A DNA stretch of 64,000 nt. Origin: Clostridiales bacterium (GTDB lineage: Bacteria; Bacillota; Clostridia; Oscillospirales; Acutalibacteraceae). Below, piece after piece: positions 50,810 through 59,999 of the stretch; within the stretch, counting starts at the first letter, position 1; the number at the start of each line of letters is the position of its first letter. The stretch spans positions 11-64,010 of the forward strand of contig DXXG01000025.1 in assembly GCA_019416455.1 (NCBI GenBank), read 5' to 3'. The notes beneath the pieces are model-generated. The model did not search any database and had not been told where the DNA came from. It saw only the letters and a list, made by a program, of their open reading frames with translations. The position numbers and the translations under genes were made by a program.

Positions 50810-51439
50810 CTATTCTCTTTCAAACTTGCATACAAAACTGTTGGCAAAGGCAGGCCAACGGTAACGGATGAATCGATAGATCAAATAGCCGCATATCGCT
50901 CCCGCTGTATTGAGAATGATGTCATCAACAGCCACGTTTCTCATAAGAAAATACTGTGAAGCCTCAATAAACATAGACATACCCAAGCCAATGATGAATG
51001 ACCGTTTCCAAGTTGCATTGCGGAACAGCATAGCGGGAAATAGGCCAATCGGAACAAATATAGCCAAATTCCCTAGGAAGTTGATGAGGGTTACGAAGAA
51101 AAAAACAGGGCTTTTGAATAGATCTTTGGCATAGTTTGCGAATACCGTAAAAGGAACTAAGCTCAAGTTAGATTTCCATGTTGGCCGCTCAATCAAAATG
51201 CGAAGATCCCCCCAAATGCCGGGAGAATTCTCCCAAACATAGGTTGGCCAAAGTGTCAGAGCAAGAATTCCAAAGATTGCTATGACAAACAAAACTAGAC
51301 CCACTTCGCGTTTCAGGGAAGTGCGCAAATTCATTGCAGATAATGCTTTCATTCGGTATGGAGTAAAACTCAAATAAACCAGTACGGCTGGAATTGCCAC
51401 GATGAGCACTTGCTCGAAATACCGTATTACTGCTGTCAT
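50810..51439 (-). CDS. VanZ-family membrane protein
   Basis: ...LVPFTVF...NFLGNLAIFVPIGLF... Confidence 0.8.
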   Translation of the reverse strand: MTAVIRYFEQVLIVAIPAVLVYLSFTPYRMKALSAMNLRTSLKREVGLVLFVIAIFGILALTLWPTYVWENSPGIWGDLRILIERPTWKSNLSLVPFTVFANYAKDLFKSPVFFFVTLINFLGNLAIFVPIGLFPAMLFRNATWKRSFIIGLGMSMFIEASQYFLMRNVAVDDIILNTAGAICGYLIYRFIRYRWPAFANSFVCKFERE

Positions 51440-51545
51440 TTTATCTCCCTTCGATATTCAAAAGATCCTATTCCTAGTCACTAAATCACGACAGCCAGGG
51501 AAATGGGTCTTCATTAGCAGCACAAAATCCCATACCACGGGACCT

Positions 51546-51977
51546 TTATAGCTGTCCGTTCAGCTCCGTACCGTAATGTTCCGACCAAAAGTTGTTATCC
51601 AATGCGATCGTGAAGAAAGGAGTCATTTTATGATAGAGTTCCGTATCTGCAGGTTTTGGCAAGCCCAGCAAAAACTCCGTGAATTCTGGGGTCACCTCTC
51701 CGGCGATAATGACTCCATAGGGCCAATCTGTGTCCTTGAGTTTCCCGTAGGAGAGCGCTAGTTCGATACAGTCTCTTTCTTCATTCCAGCAGTGGATTTC
51801 AAATTTCTTTGCCGTTTTTAGGGCTTCGGACATATAAGCCCGCCATTTGCTGTTTGTCTTCTCAGCACCATCCAACTCCACCCACCAATGTCCGGAGGCG
51901 TTCTCCTCTAAAAAATGTGCTGGTTTCAGTTTATCGCTGGACCCTTTTAGGGCCTTTTCCAAATCCTTCAGTTCCAC
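51546..51977 (-). CDS. hypothetical protein
   Basis: GTG at 51977 behind AAAGAGGTG. Overlaps the 3' end of the upstream membrane-protein gene. Confidence 0.55.
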   Translation of the reverse strand: MELKDLEKALKGSSDKLKPAHFLEENASGHWWVELDGAEKTNSKWRAYMSEALKTAKKFEIHCWNEERDCIELALSYGKLKDTDWPYGVIIAGEVTPEFTEFLLGLPKPADTELYHKMTPFFTIALDNNFWSEHYGTELNGQL

Positions 51978-52338
51978 AAAACACCTCTTTATTCTCCTGG
52001 AAGCGTTTTTGTACAAAGAGATTCCCAACAACGCCCACAAGGACGATGGTTACAAAGCACCACAACCAAATGATCCAAAGGTTGTTCAGTCCCTCGCCGT
52101 AGTCATACCCAAACAGGGCTCCGGCGGCGAACCCGAGGATGTAGCCAAGTGCGATGATAGGCGGAAGCACCTTGTTCTTTCTTACCAGTCCTGTAAGGAA
52201 GATGAGAACCAACCCCACAGCGCAAAGAAGCAGCGGAAATTCCTTCATGCCGTGCAAGCCAAATAGCGGATAACGAACTACCAGGTAGCATCCTGCAATT
52301 GCGATCATAGATAGAATACCAATCAGTCTGCTTTTCAT
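51931..52338 (-). CDS. small multi-pass membrane protein
   Basis: MKSRLIGILSMIAIAGCYLVV... Confidence 0.65.
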   Translation of the reverse strand: MKSRLIGILSMIAIAGCYLVVRYPLFGLHGMKEFPLLLCAVGLVLIFLTGLVRKNKVLPPIIALGYILGFAAGALFGYDYGEGLNNLWIIWLWCFVTIVLVGVVGNLFVQKRFQENKEVFCGTEGFGKGPKRVQR

Positions 52339-52443
52339 ACGGTTCCCTCCCACCTGTACCACTTTTCCAGGGCGTTTTTGTCCGGCTTTCCAAGTGGAAA
52401 TGCACTCAGTTTCCGCGAACTTTTCGTTTGATCCGGATGTTGT

Positions 52444-52719
52444 CTACTTAATCTTTTTCCCGCAATAAGGGCAATAGATGTCCATTGGCAAAAGGTTTTT
52501 GCCACAATGAGGGCATTTGGAACCTCCCAAGCGCAGAGAGATGGCTCCACCCACCAAAAGAAGCAGACAGAGAAAAGCGAGATACGCTGTTATATAAATG
52601 ATTCTCTCATTGAGTAAATACACGCCGTATCCCATCACAATCATTAATATGACAAGTCCGGTAATGGAAATTTCCACAACCCAAACTGCTACTTTTCTCA
52701 TAGAATCCACCGTCTTCAT
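52444..52719 (-). CDS. membrane protein with a C-terminal zinc ribbon
   Basis: ...CPHCGKNLLPMDIYCPYCGKKIK. Confidence 0.65.
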   Translation of the reverse strand: MKTVDSMRKVAVWVVEISITGLVILMIVMGYGVYLLNERIIYITAYLAFLCLLLLVGGAISLRLGGSKCPHCGKNLLPMDIYCPYCGKKIK

Positions 52720-52755
52720 CGATCTCTATCACTTCCGATCCATTTTCTCCCAAGC

Positions 52756-53442
52756 CTATGTGTCCAAATCCATAGTTCTTACACTTTCAGCTATCTTCAC
52801 CAGCGTTTCTTTGGGAAGTGGCGCCGTGATGCAGAAAATGATGTCTTGATTCGTGGACTGCCAGACCAGTCCGTTGGCATTCTCAGGATCTTCCGCCTGA
52901 TAATAGTCGCCTTGGACATCCCCAACCATGGTGGGAGTCACGGATTCATAGTCCGAGGTGATAAAGAGACCAACAGATTCGGACCCGTGGATTGCCATAA
53001 ATGAAATCATGTCGTCCTCTCCGTCTGTATAGACCAAGAAGGTGTCATTGTCGGAATGGTTCTCCGCGTGGAGGGTAAATCCCTCTGGCAGCCAGGACGG
53101 CTCATAGCTTTCCGCAGTAGCTTCTGAGCTGGATTCTCCCGCAAATCGATAGGACACATACGATTCATAGGTTTGCTTTACCCAGGAAAAGAACATAGCT
53201 CTGGCCTGGGTATCCACCGAAAGCCAGGTGGTCCCTCCTAGGATCACCACAGCCAAAATGCAGGCGGCTGTCTGTAAGAACTTGTAAGCTACAGGATGGG
53301 ATTTCCTTCGGATCAGGCGCTTCATTTTACGCTCAAACCCAAGAGAGAAAGAATGTCTACAATCCTCCGAAAGAGGAAGTGCCTCCAGGATCGTCTGGTC
53401 AGCTTCTGCCGCGGCGGCTTTGAGCATTTCATCGGTGATCAC
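52756..53442 (-). CDS. anti-sigma factor (DUF4367-like)
   Basis: Overlaps the sigma gene stop. Single TM helix, then an extracytoplasmic domain. Confidence 0.7.
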   Translation of the reverse strand: MITDEMLKAAAAEADQTILEALPLSEDCRHSFSLGFERKMKRLIRRKSHPVAYKFLQTAACILAVVILGGTTWLSVDTQARAMFFSWVKQTYESYVSYRFAGESSSEATAESYEPSWLPEGFTLHAENHSDNDTFLVYTDGEDDMISFMAIHGSESVGLFITSDYESVTPTMVGDVQGDYYQAEDPENANGLVWQSTNQDIIFCITAPLPKETLVKIAESVRTMDLDT

Positions 53443-53957
53443 AAGTTTCCCTCCTTCTCGTACAAATCCTTTAGTTTGTTCTTTGCCCGCTGGTCCAATT
53501 TAGATGCAGCCGCAAGGGAGATTCCCAATATCGAGGCTACTTCTTTCACGCTGTACCCTTGGTGATATCGTAGCAAGATCACCTCTCGATATCTGGCAGG
53601 CAGCTTCAAGATGCAGGCAGTCAAGGCGTTTTGCCCTTCGTAAACAGGGGAGAAGCCCCGAATCTCTTCAGTAAGCTCCACAATTTGGCGCCGCTTGCGC
53701 TTTCTGTAGAGATCGATCGCTTTGTTCTCAACTACAGTAACGACGAAGCCTTTGGTTTTTGGACACTTTGGCTCCCCAATTTTTTGGATGTTTTCCGCCA
53801 CTTTCACAAAAGCCTCATGGACGGCATCCTCTGCGTCTTGGTCATTGTCAAGGATTCGGTTGGCCACGTAGAACATGAGCTCGCGGTATTCGATGTAAAT
53901 TTGTTCAAACTTTGACCGATCCTCTGAAGAATCAATCATTTGAAGATACAGTATCAT
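53439..53957 (-). CDS. ECF-type sigma-70 family factor
   Basis: FEQIYIEYRELMFYVANRILDNDQDAEDAVHEAF and ...REVILLRYHQGYSVKEVASILGIS. Confidence 0.9.
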   Translation of the reverse strand: MILYLQMIDSSEDRSKFEQIYIEYRELMFYVANRILDNDQDAEDAVHEAFVKVAENIQKIGEPKCPKTKGFVVTVVENKAIDLYRKRKRRQIVELTEEIRGFSPVYEGQNALTACILKLPARYREVILLRYHQGYSVKEVASILGISLAAASKLDQRAKNKLKDLYEKEGNL

Positions 53958-54310
53958 GGTGGTTTCCTCCAGGTAGGATAGGCTGATTATAGCATGCTCC
54001 ATTTGCTTTTCACAAGTTAAGAAACGTCCGATACCACAGCCATCCCCTGAAGAACAAGGGTAAGTGTATCTTTATATTCCTCAGCTTGTTGCAACGGTCC
54101 GGAAGATCCTGAAAAGAAGGTTTTCTTATTTTGAACTAGTTAAATCTCAGTTTATTTGGTTCAAAAACCATTTTTTATTGCGTAATAGACTTGTTCAAAT
54201 TTCAAAAGGAAGCTGGAATGTCTATAGCCTTTTTCACACCAACAGAAACGGGTTGTCAAGGACGTTTAATTCATTTTTACAAGGATTCGCAGATAAGCAG
54301 ATAATAGAAG

Positions 54311-54352
54311 AAAGTGCTGGGAATCAATTACAGATTCCCAGCACTTTCTCCT
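54311..54352. terminator. 15-bp perfect hairpin at the left edge of the AT-rich islet
   Basis: GAAAGTGCTGGGAAT-N9-ATTCCCAGCACTTTC. Confidence 0.8.
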
Positions 54353-54418
54353 TGTTTTTCAAATATCAATAACAATATTATTTTGCCAAATGATGTTAAA
54401 TTCCAGTTACTTTCATGT

Positions 54419-55525
54419 TCACTCACGATTTATGGATAAAAGGTATGAGTACGGATTTTCTCGCAAAATATGTTTTTTATCTATACTATAAGAGACTGCA
54501 GATGCTATAACGGATACCCCCATACCAGCAAAAATTGCTTGTTCTACAGGCATTCCTAATAGTGCCATCGGTACCCCTGTCGCACTTGCAGATAGCAACG
54601 ATACCTTGAGGAAGGTTTCAGTAAACCATTTAATCCGTGAACTCGCAAGAGCAGCCTTGAAATCGTTAAATGCAGGCATAAACTCATGGCTATATAAATC
54701 ACTTATCTCTTGTTGCAAAACTTCAATAGGTCTATCTCCATCAAGATTCTGTGTAAGCTTAGTAAGTTGTGTTCTGAATCTCCCTAATTCATCTCGATGA
54801 TGGTTTTTGAAAGAAACTATATCAGCAAGAGTAGTATCTGGGGAAATAGAAAGCCCGCGTATAATAAAATTAAGCAATAGACCTTGTTCCAATTGATGAT
54901 CTTTTGGACGTCTATTAAAAAAAAGGTATTTAGGTCGTATTGGTGTTTGATTTCCCAACCTAACAGTATTACTTATATTAAAACATGGGACATCGTTTGT
55001 AACCATTCCCAAAGAGTGATCTTCGCACAATTTATTAGCCAGTACTATCATATAGATATTAGTGAAATCGCTGTCAAAATAATAAATATCATGGTGGTCT
55101 ATATGACGGCTGAAATATCGTATCTGTTCCCGTATTCTCTGCGACATTATTTCTCTGTATATTCCACCACGCGAAACATCGCTGAGATATCTTCTTATTT
55201 TATAAGATATTTTATCACTCCAAATTCTGTCATACCTCTGTTCCTGTGGTGAACAAATGACTTTCCTGAATTCACGTGAAAACAATAAATCAAGTATTTC
55301 GTCTTCAATGCCAACGACAGATTTGTCGTCAGAGTTTATATAAAGAGGTCGTAAAAAGCCAATATCAGCTAGGTATTGTGTATCTGGCTGATTATACGGA
55401 TGAGTAAGAGACTCTGGAACGATGGTTGATATAGAGTCCCAGAAAAGAATTGATGTTTTTAGCCAGTCTGTGTCCTCTATGTCAATAGTGGGATAATACA
55501 AAGCATTTGAAAATGCAGGTCGCAT
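54419..55525 (-). CDS. hypothetical protein (368 aa), DUF6236-like N-terminus and C-terminal hydrophobic helices
   Basis: ALYYPTIDIEDTDWLKTSILFWDSISTIVPES... and C-terminal ...VSLLSASATGVPMALLGMPVEQAIFAGMGVSVIASAVSY. Confidence 0.8.
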   Translation of the reverse strand: MRPAFSNALYYPTIDIEDTDWLKTSILFWDSISTIVPESLTHPYNQPDTQYLADIGFLRPLYINSDDKSVVGIEDEILDLLFSREFRKVICSPQEQRYDRIWSDKISYKIRRYLSDVSRGGIYREIMSQRIREQIRYFSRHIDHHDIYYFDSDFTNIYMIVLANKLCEDHSLGMVTNDVPCFNISNTVRLGNQTPIRPKYLFFNRRPKDHQLEQGLLLNFIIRGLSISPDTTLADIVSFKNHHRDELGRFRTQLTKLTQNLDGDRPIEVLQQEISDLYSHEFMPAFNDFKAALASSRIKWFTETFLKVSLLSASATGVPMALLGMPVEQAIFAGMGVSVIASAVSYSIDKKHILRENPYSYLLSINRE

Positions 55526-55678
55526 AACGAGTTCCCTCCCGGAATTATTATTAAAATATTATACCATGTTTTGATATAAAATAATACCAGGAGCCTGTCC
55601 CAGATTCCTTGCGTGTAAATTCTACACAATGAAACCAACTTACATCTTCTGTGTCTCGTTTTTGAGTAGGCTCGAACA

Positions 55679-55786
55679 ATGAAAAAAACAGGACGTGTTC
55701 TTGCTCTTTTACTCGCATTGATGATGGTCGCTGTGGTAGCCGTTCCGGCATCGGCTACTGATGTATTCACGTTACCATTGAAGTAA
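55679..55786 (+). CDS. 35-codon ORF made of a signal peptide plus 9 residues (possible 5' fragment of a disrupted secreted-protein gene)
   Basis: MKKTGRVLALLLALMMVAVVAVPASA|TDVFTLPLK*. Confidence 0.3.
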   Translation: MKKTGRVLALLLALMMVAVVAVPASATDVFTLPLK

Positions 55787-55988
55787 TTGAATCACGGTGT
55801 TTCCCTACTTTTGGATACGGTCGAGTATTTGCGGCACGTACAATATGGGAAAATACATGGCATGCAAATGGCCACGCAACCTGTATTCATCGTCGATATG
55901 GTATGGACGGAGCATACTTAGGTGTGTATGTCTTTCCATTTCATTTCGCAATTGGTTGGGTAAGGAGTGTGTGTTTGCATAATTGTTT

Positions 55989-56609
55989 TCATCCATCTCG
56001 TTTCTCATTTGCTTTTGTGAGATGTACTAATCTGTAGTAAGTGCCTTTCTTGACTCCGAGTTTTTTCATGGCAGCCACAGCCGTTATCTCACCAGATTTC
56101 CAACGCTCGTAGACTGTGTCCCAATTTGCAGGAAATTCGATTTTCGGCCTGCCCAGATGTTTTCCCATTGCTTTTGCCGCAGCGATGCCCTCGGCCTGGC
56201 GCTGGCGAATGGTCAATCGCTCCTGCTCTGCGATGCTGGAGAGTACCTCAATCAAAATATTATTGATCATTTCGAAGACCCATTCCTGACCCGTGGGCAG
56301 TTGGATCATGGTAGTTGGCAGGTCGATGACCCGCACTTGAATATGGTGTTCTTTAAAGTAGCGAAGCTCTTGGGTGATGTGTTCTTTGTTCCGGCTGAGT
56401 CTGTCCAAAGATTTGATGACCAGCGTATCACCGTCCCGCAGCATGGAGTTCTTCAGTACCTGATATCCGGAGCGATCCAGATCTGCACCGCTGGCCTTAT
56501 CGGTCACGATGTCCCTTTCATCCACTCCGCAGTCCAATAAAGCTTTGATCTGTCGGTCCAGGTTCTGCTCTTTCGTGGAGACTCTTGCGTATCCAAATGT
56601 TTTGTTCAC
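55989..56609 (-). CDS. small serine recombinase (resolvase/invertase family)
   Basis: (V)NKTFGYARVSTKEQNLDRQ... and a C-terminal HTH. GTG at 56609 behind AGGGGGAAAG. Confidence 0.9.
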   Translation of the reverse strand: MNKTFGYARVSTKEQNLDRQIKALLDCGVDERDIVTDKASGADLDRSGYQVLKNSMLRDGDTLVIKSLDRLSRNKEHITQELRYFKEHHIQVRVIDLPTTMIQLPTGQEWVFEMINNILIEVLSSIAEQERLTIRQRQAEGIAAAKAMGKHLGRPKIEFPANWDTVYERWKSGEITAVAAMKKLGVKKGTYYRLVHLTKANEKRDG

Positions 56610-57127
56610 TGATGACTTTCCCCCTTCAAAATCTGTCCAGAAAGGTTTCCGTATTTTCAGCCATGTCAAAAAATGAAAAACCGAGGTTTTCGGACATGAT
56701 TGGCATGGCTTTCCTACGAGAAAATGATAGAATAAAAAGGTGTACCTTTTTGAACAACAATATTACACGGAATGCGCTGCTGTTTTGCAACCAGAAAAAC
56801 AAAAAGAAACGGCAGGGATCTTCCTGCCGCCTTTTTTAGTCTGCCTATGCCATGACTTGCGCAAAATCTGCCTGTAGTATTAGTCGACATCAACTGACAT
56901 TAGGAACCCTTGAATGGATAAACCAAAGATTCTGAGTAAGATATGGATTGCAGAAATTTCCGTTTAAGTGTAAAATATAATTAAAGATTTTGTTTTTGAT
57001 CTGAGGGAGAAAGGTCATAAGCGCCGAATTCTACATATTTAGACACAATGTCATGCATTAGAATATATGCAACAAATGAATATTTTTTTATTATTATAAA
57101 TAATAAATAGCCAAAAGGGGGATGAGT

Positions 57128-57940
57128 ATGGCTACAGTAGTACGAACTGACTTTCATTTTAATTTTTTAAAAAACGTTATCATAAGAATTGATTTTCAGG
57201 GTGTTTTTGAACCTGAGATGGAAAGATTGTTAACACTTATCAAACCAGTTGTTAAAGAAAAAGGATTTTCTAGATATTTAAAAAGGCAAAACAATCAAAT
57301 AAAAGTTAATGTAGGAAATTTGAATTCACAAGATTCTTCATTGAGTAAAGTTGTCCAAAGTCAAGAGATTCATTCTTTCGTTAATGAAGATCGGGGGTAT
57401 GTGCTTGATCTTGCGAGTAGTTTTGTATGCCTAAATATCAACTCAACATCGTACACGCCTTTTGAAGATTATAGCAGTCTTGTTTCAGAAATAGCAGAAA
57501 TATATAGAAACAATATTGATTTTGCATCCATTAATAGAGTTGGCATAAGAAAAATTAATGTTTGTATGTTTGAAGATAGAGAAAAGATTAAAGAGTTTTT
57601 CTCTCCTGAATTTTTTGGATATTTTAAATCTATACCAGGCGCAAATACATTTATCAGTAGACGACAAGATACATTTGGAATCGATCTATATAAAGTTAAC
57701 CTCTCATGTAATATTGAGCAAGGAACTGCTGAGGACAAAACCCTTTACAGAGTCTTACTGGACAGTGACATATATGTTGACAATGCAGAAACAATCAAAA
57801 ATGGTGTAAACTATCCGCAAATGAATAGTTTTCTGTTCGACATATACGTTTCTTCACTTACGGAAAAATTTATAGTAGCACTTTGTGGTGACGATGAAAG
57901 CAAATTTGAAGAAATAATAGGTGTTGAAAAAAATGAGTAG
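57128..57940 (+). CDS. hypothetical protein (270 aa), possibly TIGR04255-like
   Basis: First gene of the overlapping operon. The FLKNVIIRIDFQG N-terminus is reminiscent of TIGR04255 (low certainty). Confidence 0.8.
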   Translation: MATVVRTDFHFNFLKNVIIRIDFQGVFEPEMERLLTLIKPVVKEKGFSRYLKRQNNQIKVNVGNLNSQDSSLSKVVQSQEIHSFVNEDRGYVLDLASSFVCLNINSTSYTPFEDYSSLVSEIAEIYRNNIDFASINRVGIRKINVCMFEDREKIKEFFSPEFFGYFKSIPGANTFISRRQDTFGIDLYKVNLSCNIEQGTAEDKTLYRVLLDSDIYVDNAETIKNGVNYPQMNSFLFDIYVSSLTEKFIVALCGDDESKFEEIIGVEKNE

Positions 57941-58451
57941 AGATACTTTTGAAGCTTTTCGCTTAAGAGACTTACAAGTAAGCACTACCGAATTGAGTGA
58001 AACACATCATTTTGGTGATATTTTTGATTTGGCAAATTGCTTTTTGTCCATTGAAGCAATGACGCACAAAAAACTGCAAAAGTTGTGTTATTATGCAAAA
58101 GCTTGGTATTTAGCTATTAATGATGAAAACTTGATTAGTGAACCTTTTGAAGCATGGGTTCATGGAGCAGTTCAACCTTTGCTGTATCAAAAGTATCGCT
58201 CCTATGGATTTCAACTTATACCTATGTTCCAAGGAAACTTACTTCAACTCCCTGAAGAGTTTTTAGATTTTTCTAAGGAAATTTTTGAATCGTACGGAGA
58301 ATTTAGTGGGGACGAATTAGAAAAAATCAATCATCAAGAAATGCCATGGATTAAAGCTCGGGGAGATTTAAAGCCATGGCAAAGTGGAAATACGGTTATA
58401 AGTGATGAAGATATGAAATATTATTATCGGAGTTTAATGCAGAATGAGTAA
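57933..58451 (+). CDS. Panacea / DUF4065 (SocA-like antitoxin) domain protein
   Basis: MTHKKLQKLCYYAKAWYLAINDENLISEPFEAWVHGAVQPLLYQKY. ATG overlaps the upstream stop (AATGAGTAG). Confidence 0.8.
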   Translation: MSRDTFEAFRLRDLQVSTTELSETHHFGDIFDLANCFLSIEAMTHKKLQKLCYYAKAWYLAINDENLISEPFEAWVHGAVQPLLYQKYRSYGFQLIPMFQGNLLQLPEEFLDFSKEIFESYGEFSGDELEKINHQEMPWIKARGDLKPWQSGNTVISDEDMKYYYRSLMQNE

Positions 58452-59004
58452 AGTACGTATTCCAAAGCCTCGATTAGATTGTGAGCCTAAAAGTATTCCT
58501 AAACCGTCTTTTTTACCTTCTGAAAAAGAGGCTCTAGTGGTATTTTCTTTTGCATCATTAGAATGGACTGAATATTTTAACTTGGATAGCACTTGTCCCA
58601 GTTGGTCACTTGACTTATTGAATATGTTAAAAAATGTCTCTGGCGTATCAAAGGCGCACCTTTTAAGTGGAAAGTATAGAACATATCGTGTGCACACTCA
58701 TGAAAAAGCAAAACCACCAGATCCGCTTCCTGCTGGCGTATCTCTTAAGGATTGTTATCAGATACGTATCTCTACAGCAAAAGGTGGAATTCATGGTGTT
58801 TTTGTAGAAAATACATTTTATGTTATATGGTTAGACCCGCTCCATAATATGTACCCAGATGATCGCTTTGGTGGCTTGCGAAAAATAACTCCTCCGAATA
58901 CTTGTTGCAGAGATAGAGAAGAACGATTTTTTCAGTTGCAAGAAGAAAATGCAAGATTGAAAGAAGAAAATAAGTATTGGGAGGATGAATTAGGTAAGAT
59001 ATAA
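58444..59004 (+). CDS. hypothetical protein (186 aa), candidate toxin/effector partner
   Basis: ATG overlaps the upstream stop (AATGAGTAA). Core CYQIRISTAKGGIHGVFVENTFYVIWLDPLHNMYP, with a C-terminal coiled-coil-like tail. Confidence 0.8.
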   Translation: MSKVRIPKPRLDCEPKSIPKPSFLPSEKEALVVFSFASLEWTEYFNLDSTCPSWSLDLLNMLKNVSGVSKAHLLSGKYRTYRVHTHEKAKPPDPLPAGVSLKDCYQIRISTAKGGIHGVFVENTFYVIWLDPLHNMYPDDRFGGLRKITPPNTCCRDREERFFQLQEENARLKEENKYWEDELGKI

Positions 59005-59336
59005 GAAACTTCGTCTCAGAACCCACAACAGTGTCTCAAATGTCGGTTATATATTTGGTACTGGTTGGAAAGGTGACAGTTATTATAACAAGCCTTAAGA
59101 GAGAATAAAACTTTTTGCGTGATACAGCAGTAAGTTCCTCTTGCATTCCCACTGAGAACATGGTATATTTATTTTGTAAAGTTTCCTCGTTGCCAAGAGC
59201 AATGACAGTTTCTTTGTAACACAGCGTCAGAGAGTCTTGTCTTTCTGGCGCTTTTTTATGTCTTCTGCCTCTGTCCAAGAGGCACAGAAATAGGAAGAAG
59301 GGCGCAAGGTTTCTGCCCCTTCCATTTGGCTTAGCC

Positions 59337-59372
59337 AAAAAAGCACTCAGAGTTTCTCTGGGTGCTTTTTTT
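59337..59372. terminator. bidirectional hairpin at the right edge of the AT-rich islet
   Basis: A6-GCACTCAGAG-TTTC-TCTGGGTGC-T7. Confidence 0.75.
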
Positions 59373-59467
59373 ATATAAATTGGAGTCTGAAGGCTCCCCC
59401 AACATTCTTACCGGGGAGCCGTTGGCTACCCCGTTTTCATAGAATTCTTCAGAAAGGGGTATGCGAT

Positions 59468-59689
59468 ATGAGCTCGTATATCAAAAAGACAAACTGCAAT
59501 TTTTACGTACCTGCGGAAAGTACCGGAAAAGTAATGGCTGTAAGCCATCGCTTCCTGCCAGATGCCCTGTACTGCTTCAACTTGGACGAAATGGGGAATC
59601 TGGTAGACATTAAGATAGAAGGCTGCATTCTCTCTGAGATGAGAGAGATGCTAACCGCTATTGCCCCATGGGTTCGGGAAGGCAGCTAG
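59468..59689 (+). CDS. hypothetical small protein
   Basis: 73-aa ORF behind AAAGGGG. Confidence 0.55.
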   Translation: MSSYIKKTNCNFYVPAESTGKVMAVSHRFLPDALYCFNLDEMGNLVDIKIEGCILSEMREMLTAIAPWVREGS

Positions 59690-59695
59690 ATTAGC

Positions 59696-59983
59696 ATGTT
59701 CAGTGATGATGGAAGTCGTTGGCGCTGGTCTTTTCAGGACGGGAAATGTCACGAAATACCTGCGGAGATCCATTGGCCTTCTGCCGAGGAGATCTCCACC
59801 GTGCCTAAGGAAAGAGATCAGGTCATCATCCTCGTACAGGAGGGAAAGGTGACTGACATTCTCTGCTCAGACCAACGAATTGACGCAGTGGTCCTGGATA
59901 TGGATACCACAGATGAGCAGCAGCTGGATTCTCTGTCTCAGCAATGGGCCGCCTACAGCAAAATCTATCAACCAATCTACTAA
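59696..59983 (+). CDS. hypothetical small protein
   Basis: 95-aa ORF, 6 nt after the previous stop. Confidence 0.55.
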   Translation: MFSDDGSRWRWSFQDGKCHEIPAEIHWPSAEEISTVPKERDQVIILVQEGKVTDILCSDQRIDAVVLDMDTTDEQQLDSLSQQWAAYSKIYQPIY

Positions 59984-59999
59984 CAAGGAGGACTGCACC

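Noticed and set aside
55526-57127. Inverted repeats flanking the serine recombinase that would define an invertible segment
   Set aside because: Only short AT-rich low-complexity similarities were seen (TTATTATTA-type runs near 55550 and 57090). That is not specific enough to call crossover sites.
59036-59338. 100-aa minus-strand ORF at the right edge of the AT-rich islet
   Set aside because: No RBS, odd composition, and it runs up to the start of the boundary terminator hairpin. It could be a gene remnant, but I cannot support a call.
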